From the NCBI GenBank assembly GCA_049325595.1, contig JBMOLF010000001.1, positions 32,001-96,000 of the forward strand: DNA of 64,000 nucleotides. Direction: 5' to 3'. Positions 56,582 to 64,000 of this stretch are shown here, piece by piece. Below the pieces are notes generated by a model. The model had not been told where the DNA came from, did no database searches, and saw nothing but the letters and a program-made list of their open reading frames with translations. This DNA comes from Candidatus Babelota bacterium (GTDB lineage: Bacteria > Babelota > Babeliae > Babelales > Vermiphilaceae). Both the position numbers and the translations under genes were made by a program. The stretch's first letter is position 1, and every line of letters starts with the position of its first letter.

Positions 56582-57754
56582 TTATAATACCCGAATTACT
56601 TCTTCAAAGGAAGTAAGTCCTTGCGAGAGTTTTGCAAAAGCATCTGCAGCCAACGTCTTCATTCCCTCTTCTTGTGCAATTTGTTCAATATCAGTTAATT
56701 TAGGTTGCTGCACAATAACTGAACGCAACTGATTGCTCATGATAAGCAATTGAAATATACCAATTCTACCCTTATAACCAGTGCCTAGGCATTCAGTACA
56801 ACCAACTGACTCATATAATTTCTCAATGGTGCAACTTAACTTAGTCATTATAGATTGTTGATCAGCAGTAGGTAACTTAACCACCTTACAAGCGTTACAT
56901 AATCGTCGTACCAATCGTTGCGCCAATACACCCGTAAGTGCGGCATTAATTAAGAATGGCTCAATACCCATATCAAGCAGTCGCATGATCACGCTTGGTG
57001 CATCACCCGCGTGAATAGTGCTTAACACAATGTGCCCCGTTAGTGCTGCTTCAATAGCAATATGTGCTGTTTGTTTATCGCGCATTTCTCCAACCATTAT
57101 AATGTCAGGATCTTGTCTAAGCAAAGCGCGCATACCTTTTTCAAAGGTAAATCCTGCTTCAGGATGTATTTGAGCTTGGCTAATGCCAGGAATATTGTAT
57201 TCAATAGGATCTTCAAGAGTGATTATATGTTGCCGTCGATTATTGAGCGCAGAAAGCGCTGCATACAGCGTTGTCGTTTTGCCCGATCCAGTAGGCCCTG
57301 CTGCTAAGAAAAAACCAAATGAACCGGAAAGCAGCTGTTGCGATTGAGCCAACATAGTTGGTTCAAATCCTAGTTGTGGCATTGATATTTTTAATCGTTC
57401 TTGATCAAGCAAACGCAATACAATTTTTTCGCCAAACGAACAAGGAAATGTAGAAAGTCGTACATCGATGATACGATTTTTAAAATTAAAACTAAATTTA
57501 CCATCTTGCGGAATCCGATGCTCAGCCACATTGATATGAGCAAGTATTTTAAGTCGAGCCATTACCGAAGATATGGTATCTATAATACAAGTCGCCGCAT
57601 CATATAAAACGCCATCAATACGCACTCTGATAACCAACCCTTCTGATGATGGTTCAAAATGAATATCAGATGCATTATAAAGCGTTGCCTGCTTTAATAC
57701 CGTATCAACCAAAGAAACGGCAGATAGCTGTTGATCAGCAGGTATACGAAGCAT
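56582..57754 (-). CDS. GspE/PilB-family secretion ATPase, core lacking the N-terminal domain
   Basis: ASDIHFEP, RIDGVL, GPTGSGKTT, LRQDPD, tetra-Cys and GYKGR. Confidence 0.93.
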   Translation of the reverse strand: MLRIPADQQLSAVSLVDTVLKQATLYNASDIHFEPSSEGLVIRVRIDGVLYDAATCIIDTISSVMARLKILAHINVAEHRIPQDGKFSFNFKNRIIDVRLSTFPCSFGEKIVLRLLDQERLKISMPQLGFEPTMLAQSQQLLSGSFGFFLAAGPTGSGKTTTLYAALSALNNRRQHIITLEDPIEYNIPGISQAQIHPEAGFTFEKGMRALLRQDPDIIMVGEMRDKQTAHIAIEAALTGHIVLSTIHAGDAPSVIMRLLDMGIEPFLINAALTGVLAQRLVRRLCNACKVVKLPTADQQSIMTKLSCTIEKLYESVGCTECLGTGYKGRIGIFQLLIMSNQLRSVIVQQPKLTDIEQIAQEEGMKTLAADAFAKLSQGLTSFEEVIRVL

Positions 57755-57757
57755 ACT

Positions 57758-58348
57758 TTATTCTCCTAGATCTTCATCTTCATTAGCAGATGGATCATGG
57801 ATTTTAGGACTTTCATCTTCCTCTAAGAGCAATTCATTGTGCAACTCTAATTCAATTTCATTTTCATTCATTACTTTGTCGTAATCATAACCTTGAGTGA
57901 GGGAATCTTCATAATATTCTTTTACTGCATCTTCAATATCACGCCCAAGTCCTACATAAAACTGAATATCATATGAAACATATTCACCTATTTCTGGTAA
58001 CAATTCAGAATCATTTGGGTTACTTGCAACCATGATCAAAATATTTTCATCGACTTGCAAAGGAATAATACGCTTACGCAATAAAAAGTCTTTAGGAAAT
58101 TTATGTAATAAAAAAGTTTCAAAAAAATATCCCACCACATCAATGGCAGGAACTTCATAAAGATCACTGAGCGCTTTTAATAAGGGCGCTTCTTCTACCA
58201 ATCCCTCTTCTAGCAGAAAATCATCAAACGATTCTTTAGAAGAATTTTTAAATGCACGCTGCATTGCTCGTGCTTCTTCTGGTTTTACTACTTTATTTTT
58301 TACTAAAATATCGCATAATGCTTGGGCAAATGTCTCTCTCTTTTCCAT
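57758..58348 (-). CDS. Stand-alone GspE/PilB N-terminal (MshEN/T2SSE_N-like) domain
   Basis: LLEEGLVEE..LLKALS, IIPL and VASNP.D; directly upstream of the ATPase core. Confidence 0.8.
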   Translation of the reverse strand: MEKRETFAQALCDILVKNKVVKPEEARAMQRAFKNSSKESFDDFLLEEGLVEEAPLLKALSDLYEVPAIDVVGYFFETFLLHKFPKDFLLRKRIIPLQVDENILIMVASNPNDSELLPEIGEYVSYDIQFYVGLGRDIEDAVKEYYEDSLTQGYDYDKVMNENEIELELHNELLLEEDESPKIHDPSANEDEDLGE

Positions 58349-58362
58349 GCTTCATTTCCTTT

Positions 58363-58752
58363 TTAACCAACGCGTATGCCAAATGCACAACCACCAGCAA
58401 AACTTAATGCGATGAGAACATTATTTTTTATCCATGTCCATAATAGTTGAATAATATCTCCTTCAGTTGCACCATATTCGATGCCAAAAAAAGAACGTAA
58501 TTTATCTTGATTTAAAGAAATCTGGATGATTTCAAACTGATTAAGAATTACTAATCCAATAATGACGCTAATAATAATTGCAAGAATATGTGCATAGCGC
58601 TTTAGTAAATAACCAATTACAAAGCCTAATCCAAATCCGACAAGCATACCCGTTAAAGTACCACGCATGTCCCAAAATTTTTGTTTAATATTCTCAACAT
58701 GTAATGAATCTTTTACTGAGTCAACCCAATTAGTCGCACTATTTTGTGCCAT
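58363..58752 (-). CDS. FUN14-family membrane protein
   Basis: GFGLGFVIGYLLKR and C-terminal FAGG..FG. Confidence 0.7.
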   Translation of the reverse strand: MAQNSATNWVDSVKDSLHVENIKQKFWDMRGTLTGMLVGFGLGFVIGYLLKRYAHILAIIISVIIGLVILNQFEIIQISLNQDKLRSFFGIEYGATEGDIIQLLWTWIKNNVLIALSFAGGCAFGIRVG

Positions 58753-58828
58753 ACGAAATCTCCAGTTTTTTGATAAAAAATTTTGCTCTCTGATTTAGAT
58801 CTTAACGTACTGAAAAAATTTTTTCCAT

Positions 58829-58863
58829 AAAAAAAGGAGAGACATCAATTTGATGTCTCTCCT
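58829..58863 (-). terminator. Intrinsic terminator of the HU gene
   Basis: AGGAGAGACATCA-AAT-TGATGTCTCTCCT followed by a T run on the minus strand. Confidence 0.85.
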
Positions 58864-58887
58864 GCAATTTTTAGCTTTTTTCGTTAA

Positions 58888-59166
58888 TTACGCTTTGGTA
58901 ACTAAAGATTTAAGAGCTTTTCCTGGTCTGAATTTAGGAACTTTCTTAGCAGGAATTTGCATTTTTTTACCAGTAGCTGGATTTACACCAACTCTGCTTT
59001 TTCTTTTCATTACAGTAAATGTACCAAAACCGGTTAATACAACTGGTTTACCTTGTTTAAGTGCAGTACTGACAGCAGAAATGAAAGCTTCGAGGCTTTC
59101 CTTGCAAGTTGCTTTAGAAAGCTTGGTCTGCTTTGCCATGCTTTCAACTAATTTAGCTTTGTTCAT
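58888..59166 (-). CDS. hup: HU family DNA-binding protein
   Basis: MNKAKLV, GFGTF, GVNPATG and VPKFRPGKALK. Confidence 0.95.
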   Translation of the reverse strand: MNKAKLVESMAKQTKLSKATCKESLEAFISAVSTALKQGKPVVLTGFGTFTVMKRKSRVGVNPATGKKMQIPAKKVPKFRPGKALKSLVTKA

Positions 59167-59275
59167 GAAATATCCTTCAATTGTTTGTTCTCAATTTTTG
59201 AGCAAACAAAACTAGTACTACAATGTACACTATTTGTCGTCTAAATTTTTGTCAAGAATAATTTGGATTTTTTGA

Positions 59276-59362
59276 TGGTGCCGAGAGCCGGACTCGAACC
59301 GGCACAGACTTACGTCCGAAGGATTTTAAGTCCTTTGCGTCTACCAATTTCGCCATCTCGGC
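59276..59362 (-). tRNA. tRNA-Leu(TAA)
   Basis: GCCGAGATGGCGAAATTGGTAGACGCAAAGGACT-TAA-AATCCTT, long variable arm, GGTTCGAGTCC, CCA end. Confidence 0.97.
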
Positions 59363-59400
59363 ATGTATTTCAATATATTGTACCACAAAATTATGATTTG

Positions 59401-59474
59401 TGGAGGCGGCACCCGGATTCGAACCGGGGGTCAGGGTTTTGCAGACCCATGCCTTACCACTTGGCTATGCCGCC
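59401..59474 (-). tRNA. tRNA-Cys(GCA)
   Basis: GGCGGCATAGCCAAGTGGTAAGGCATGGGTCT-GCA-AAACCCTGACCCCCGGTTCGAATCCGGGTGCCGCCTCCA. Confidence 0.97.
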
Positions 59475-59483
59475 TTGAAATCT

Positions 59484-59999
59484 TTATTTACCTATTATAC
59501 CAGCTGCTACCATTTTTTCATACAACTCTTGTGTTGTGATTACTTTAACAGTATCAGAAGCTTCTTCACTAAGCATATCGTCTTCAGCAGGTTTTTCAAT
59601 TTTTGATTTCAAGTATGCACTAGCACAAGCGCCTTTAACTGGTAACCCTTGCTGGTACCATTCAGCCATACCTGCTTCGTATGCCCATACATGCTCAAAT
59701 CCAAGATTCTTGAAAATCTTGTACGCTTCGCCACTGGCAGCACACATATAGTTACTGCAATATATTACTACTTCAGCATTTTTTGGCAATGTTTTTGCAT
59801 ATTCCGCGACTTTTTCAAAAGGAACATTAATAGAACCTATAATGCTGCAATCGTCAAACTCTTTAGCGCCCAATACATTAATGACATACAATGATTGAGT
59901 AGCTAATTCCTCTTTAGGCTTTTGAAAGCATGAAGGAAGAATTGTCAAAGAACATAACCCCAAAATTAGTAAAAATAATCTTGAAAAAGAAGCTGTCAT
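59484..59999 (-). CDS. Rhodanese-like lipoprotein
   Basis: ATG 59999 behind AGGAG; lipobox-like LPSC; IYCSNYMC; AYEAGMAEW. Confidence 0.8.
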   Translation of the reverse strand: MTASFSRLFLLILGLCSLTILPSCFQKPKEELATQSLYVINVLGAKEFDDCSIIGSINVPFEKVAEYAKTLPKNAEVVIYCSNYMCAASGEAYKIFKNLGFEHVWAYEAGMAEWYQQGLPVKGACASAYLKSKIEKPAEDDMLSEEASDTVKVITTQELYEKMVAAGIIGK

Positions 60000-60086
60000 A
60001 AGGTCTCCTGATTTATTATTACCAATCTTGCTTGCGTCTACTGTACCAAAAAATAAGTATTGTGCAATATTTTTCATACAAATCCT

Positions 60087-60482
60087 TTAAATTTTCATTA
60101 ATTTTCGCAATTCTGCTGCGCCAATAGTACGTATCTCTTCTGTTCCTTGTTCTGGAACTGCTGGTTTAGAAGTTGGTTTTGATAAATATTCCAACTTACA
60201 TTCACCCTGCACCGGAAAACCCATTTGAAACCATTCTACAACACCACCTTCGTATGCCCACACATTTTTAAAACCCATTCTATTAAGTTTTTGCCATGCC
60301 AGACGGCTCATCGGACATAAATAATTAGCACAATATACTACAACTGGTTTTTTTCGGTCCCATTCTTTAACTTCTTGTTCTAATTGATCAAGATGAATAT
60401 TAATGGAATTTTGTATATGGCAATCTATATAGGTTTTATTATCGAGCACATTGATAACAGCTAGATTAGTATCGGGAAGCAT
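60087..60482 (-). CDS. Rhodanese-like protein (cytoplasmic paralog)
   Basis: HIQNSINI, VYCANYLC and AYEGGVVEW. Confidence 0.88.
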   Translation of the reverse strand: MLPDTNLAVINVLDNKTYIDCHIQNSINIHLDQLEQEVKEWDRKKPVVVYCANYLCPMSRLAWQKLNRMGFKNVWAYEGGVVEWFQMGFPVQGECKLEYLSKPTSKPAVPEQGTEEIRTIGAAELRKLMKI

Positions 60483-60506
60483 TCTACTCTCCTTTTTTTT
60501 TAAGAG

Positions 60507-61496
60507 TTATTTAACAATTTGTAAGAATCTATTCCAACGTACCCGTTTCCAAAAATCTATTGGATGTTTTATAAGATCAACAATCCACCAATCTTCGTTG
60601 CTATCAACTGACCAAATTCTGAACAAAATACGCGCATGGATATATTTACCATCAATAGGTCCAAAATAGCGACAATCTTGACTGCCACGACGATTATCTC
60701 CCATACACCAATATTGATTTTTACCTAATTCTATATAAAAATCATCAGTTCCATTCCAATAATTTTTGCTTCCCGGTTGCGGTGGACGCACACATTGTGG
60801 TTTAGTCTCTGCAACAAATGGTTCAATTAAAATTGGCTTGCCATCACGATATACAATACGATCAGGAGTTATGCGATAAAATGGTTGATCTTCATATGAT
60901 ACTGAAGGATCATATGAACGACGCACTTGATATTCATAACGCAATTGCGTAGCAACAAAGTCATTAAATTGTGATGAGTGTAAATAACCGTGAGAAATCC
61001 ATTTTAAAGCTTCTTGCTCAACGTTTTTTTGTGCAATCGCGGGATCAACCTTCCATAAATCAATTAAGGGATATTTATTAATATAAGGTTCATTAAGTTT
61101 TACATCATTAAGATATATTACTGGTTTGCCATCTTCAATTACCCCACGAATTTTATCACCCGGAATACCTATTACTCGTTTAGTCCAATTTGAAGGTCCC
61201 CATACATATTGCTGGAAAAGATAGGTGAGTGGATTTGATGAATAATTAAAAAGCGGGTCGTTAAAAGCAATTATTTCGCCACGTTGTGGAGCTCTAAATA
61301 GATAGGTAAATTTATCTGCAAAAAAACGTTCTCCAACTAACATAGTTGTTTCCATCGAACCAGTTGGTACTTGATAAAGACCAAATCCAATAGTTCTAAT
61401 TAAAAACACCACCGATAATAAAAAAATCATTTGTCCTAATGATTCCAAAAAACTTTTTGGTGGTTTATTAGTTTTATTTTTTGAAAATATTTGCAT
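60507..61496 (-). CDS. lepB: Signal peptidase I
   Basis: PTGSMETT, KRVIGIPGD and MGDNR..SQDCRYFG. Confidence 0.95.
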   Translation of the reverse strand: MQIFSKNKTNKPPKSFLESLGQMIFLLSVVFLIRTIGFGLYQVPTGSMETTMLVGERFFADKFTYLFRAPQRGEIIAFNDPLFNYSSNPLTYLFQQYVWGPSNWTKRVIGIPGDKIRGVIEDGKPVIYLNDVKLNEPYINKYPLIDLWKVDPAIAQKNVEQEALKWISHGYLHSSQFNDFVATQLRYEYQVRRSYDPSVSYEDQPFYRITPDRIVYRDGKPILIEPFVAETKPQCVRPPQPGSKNYWNGTDDFYIELGKNQYWCMGDNRRGSQDCRYFGPIDGKYIHARILFRIWSVDSNEDWWIVDLIKHPIDFWKRVRWNRFLQIVK

Positions 61497-61538
61497 ATTA
61501 TTTCCCTTACAAAAAATTAAACAACTTTGTGGCGCTTA

Positions 61539-62518
61539 TTATACCAAAAAATACAAGGGATCAACTTGTCTGCCAAACATATGCACTTCAAAATGCAAGT
61601 GTGAGGCATCTTTCCCCTTTTTATGCACATGACCTGTTGACCCTACTTCACCAATCAAGGTTCCTTTTTGTACTTTAGTGCCAACTGGTGCATGTATTTT
61701 GTGTAAATGAGCATAACGAGTTCTATATTTATTGTTATGAACAATTTCTACCATATTCCCGTAACCAGAATAATAGCCGGATCGTATTACCACACCAGTT
61801 TCAGCTGCTTTTACGGGTGTACCTTGGGAAGCAGCCATGTCTATCCCCGTGTGAAATCCACGTGGTTTTTTTCTTGGACCAAAAAATGAACTCAACCAAA
61901 ACTGAGCCCGCTCAATTGGCCATGCAAGACTAATATCATGCTGTAAATTAGCTGGGCGGCTTGAATAAATTTTCTTCAATCGCCCGGAAGACACGATTGG
62001 TCGTGGCCGTTTAGGAATCACTTTGCGTTTGCGTTCTGGTACTTTTGGTTTAGTAGCGTCAAGCACCTGATCACTATAATCACGCCATTCATCAAGATCT
62101 AAATGGTTTAACAAATTATCTAGTTTTTCTGCTTTTAAATAATCAATCATTGATTGACGCAAATAACCAAGTTCGCGATTTACCACGACAAAATTAGTTT
62201 CTTTGGCTTCATTTTCTGCTGATTGATTTTTTTGCGAGCGATCAACTGCACGAGCGACTTTAACAGCAAGGTGTGAATATCGCTCGCCAGCTACTTTCCC
62301 AGATTGTCGATCTCCTGGGCAGCTAACGTATTATAGTCATGTAATACTTTTTTGAGCGCAACAATATATGATTGATATTCTTGCTTGAGCTCTAACATTT
62401 TATCAGCTTGTCGCACAAAAAAGCGGTATTCAGCATACAATAAAATACTTAAGCCACTGGCAACAAGGGTGAAAAATAAAAAAAAATATTTACTTAATTG
62501 ATTGATACATAGCTTAAT
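61539..62518 (-). CDS. M23-family metallopeptidase, probably expressed via a -1 frameshift at 62294-62300 (frame 0: 62518-62291; frame -1 continues to 61539)
   Basis: HTGID, YAHL and HLHFE motifs in the 3' ORF; the upstream frame encodes a TM anchor plus coiled coil ending CTG-GGA-AAG-TAG. Confidence 0.75.
62234..62316 (-). promoter_or_regulatory. Putative programmed -1 ribosomal frameshift signal
   Basis: AGGAG, 11 nt, G_GGA_AAG, TAG, then stem GCGAGCGAT pairing with GTCGCTCGT or ATCGCTCGC. Confidence 0.7.
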
Positions 62519-62553
62519 GGTACTTCCCTATCCTGTAAGACGCATATTACTCA

Positions 62554-63264
62554 TTAGACCATTGATAATGCTTCATTATTATGCTCTATCCATCCTATTA
62601 CAGATCCTTGTTTAACTTTGCACCAAGTCTGTTGTTGTTCTTTTATTATAACCTCGGAGCCTTTTTTTAATGTCCCAACTATTGGATATTGCACTTGTGG
62701 CCCCGCATGTAAACAAATCTGATCAGTACAAATAGCAGTAACTGTTTGTGCTTGATAATATTTTGTATATAAAATAGTACCAACACAAAGCATATTCAGA
62801 CCAGCTAAGAGTACCAGTGTCTTCTTTTTTCGACAATAGGTATACCATATAATAAGACTAAAAAACAAAACCCAACTTATTAAAAAAATCAGTTGAAGCA
62901 TCCCTAGTGAAGTTTGACTCCATGTTTGGATTGCTATTTTTTTTTCTTGATCTTGTACACCAAGAAGCAAAGCAACATTATTAATTTGCTGTTGGGCTTT
63001 TTGATATATTGATGAAGTTGAATTTGTCTTTTGTGCTTTACGCCATGCCCATAATGCCTGTGGATAATTTTTTAAACAGTAATAACAATTACCAATGTTA
63101 TACCAAACTGCACTACTCTTTTGTTTAATTTCTTGATAAGTAGTCAATGCTTGTTCAAATTGTTTTTGTTTATACAAATGGTTACCACGCAAAAAAGTTT
63201 CTTGTGTTGTTGCACTCAAACAGATGCTTACCGCGAGCAATAGACTAAAGATCAGTCGTTTCAT
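62554..63264 (-). CDS. BatE-like TPR + TM + SH3b protein
   Basis: GNHLYKQ..F..A, WYNIGNCYY TPR; C-terminal HAGP...GSEV...W.KV...GW; ATG overlaps the upstream TGA. Confidence 0.75.
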   Translation of the reverse strand: MKRLIFSLLLAVSICLSATTQETFLRGNHLYKQKQFEQALTTYQEIKQKSSAVWYNIGNCYYCLKNYPQALWAWRKAQKTNSTSSIYQKAQQQINNVALLLGVQDQEKKIAIQTWSQTSLGMLQLIFLISWVLFFSLIIWYTYCRKKKTLVLLAGLNMLCVGTILYTKYYQAQTVTAICTDQICLHAGPQVQYPIVGTLKKGSEVIIKEQQQTWCKVKQGSVIGWIEHNNEALSMV

Positions 63265-64000
63265 ACCAGCTCCTCCCAAAAAACTACCCATTTATGCGCA
63301 CGATCAAACAAATCAGCAAATTGATTTTTGTCTTTAAACAACCCAAAACGGGCTTCAGATAATTGTTTCCAAAAATCTTCCCATTGATGTTGTATTTGGC
63401 TAGGAACTGCACGATATTTAAATACTGATGCTATTTGATTTTCAAAATCTGCTTCTTGATCGATTGCCGTTTTTTGTATCACAAAAGATCTAACTTCTTG
63501 ATACAGCAATTGATAGTTCATTGTTTTTTGTGCTTTGCTAATGCTTTTCTGAACCTTTTTTAAGGCAAAAACATGAGATGACATGAATGGTAAACTTCCT
63601 TGTTGAAGCATGCGAAAAATAATTAATCCTCCCGAGGCTCCGGCAATGAGTATGCAAAGCATTATAAAAAAATTCCAGGGAATAATTTTTTCAGTTGTGG
63701 CATTCCATGGCCCCTCTGCTAATGCAGGTATTGCACTATCATCTTCTTTTTTTTCAGTTAACTCTTCTGGTCCTAATTGGTTTTCCTGAATCGGTTGATT
63801 ATTTTTTTGGTTATTAACCGCAATCACATGTATTGTTAAAGGAGAAGTAGTAAGAGTACGGTATGCTCTTTTTTGTGTGTCAAAATAGATAAATTTTTGT
63901 GCAGGAATTTCCCAATCACCTGCTTGTGTTGCTTGAATTATATACTCAAAAACTTTCTTTTGTTGATTATTATCTTGCTGAATTACCTGTTTTTTTGATT
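63261..64000 (-). CDS. BatD-like protein (partial; N-terminus lies beyond the window)
   Basis: Frame stays open to the window edge: KKVFEYIIQATQAGDWEIPAQKFIYFD...YRTLTTSPLTIHV, then a TM segment. Confidence 0.7.
   Translation of the reverse strand, partial: SKKQVIQQDNNQQKKVFEYIIQATQAGDWEIPAQKFIYFDTQKRAYRTLTTSPLTIHVIAVNNQKNNQPIQENQLGPEELTEKKEDDSAIPALAEGPWNATTEKIIPWNFFIMLCILIAGASGGLIIFRMLQQGSLPFMSSHVFALKKVQKSISKAQKTMNYQLLYQEVRSFVIQKTAIDQEADFENQIASVFKYRAVPSQIQHQWEDFWKQLSEARFGLFKDKNQFADLFDRAHKWVVFWEELV

Noticed and set aside
58850..59606. Plus-strand ORFs 58850..59215, 59263..59478 and 59400..59606
   Set aside because: They are antisense to HU and the tRNA genes.
62347..62353. AAAAAAG as the M23 slippery site
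   Set aside because: Wrong phase (AAA AAA G), and a -1 frame stop at 62331-62333 lies downstream of it.
61539..62518. Simple pseudogene call for the M23 locus
   Set aside because: Both halves are intact and the frame break coincides with three recoding signals; an assembly indel still needs excluding.

Overview
AT-rich bacterial chromosomal window. The gene content (signal-peptide ankyrin and orphan secreted proteins, split PilB/GspE, BatD/E, NurA) suggests Candidatus Dependentiae/Babelota (TM6), intracellular parasites of protists; this placement is my inference. 1-9.4 kb is a cluster of glycosyltransferases and sugar methyltransferases, almost all with N-terminal signal/anchor peptides. 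9.5-24.8 kb holds nine co-oriented genes for secreted Thr-rich collagen-like fibre proteins and related modules (delta-60 repeats, a Cys-containing GGDLxVCG neck, BclA/C1q-like or beta-helix heads), next to an ATP-grasp gene and glmS. Three more collagen-like genes lie at 33.9-36.7 kb. The rest is housekeeping (rpsI, dksA-like, tadA, gyrB, tilS, mpg, dnaJ, nurA, sufU, sufCBDS, HU, lepB, three tRNAs) mixed with candidate secreted effectors. The two best leads are (1) a probable glycosylated, modular collagen-fibre coat system with exported glycosylation enzymes, and (2) an M23 peptidase gene apparently decoded by a programmed -1 frameshift (internal SD, G_GGA_AAG, hairpin), probably from an ATT start. 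No CRISPR, IS or prophage was seen.
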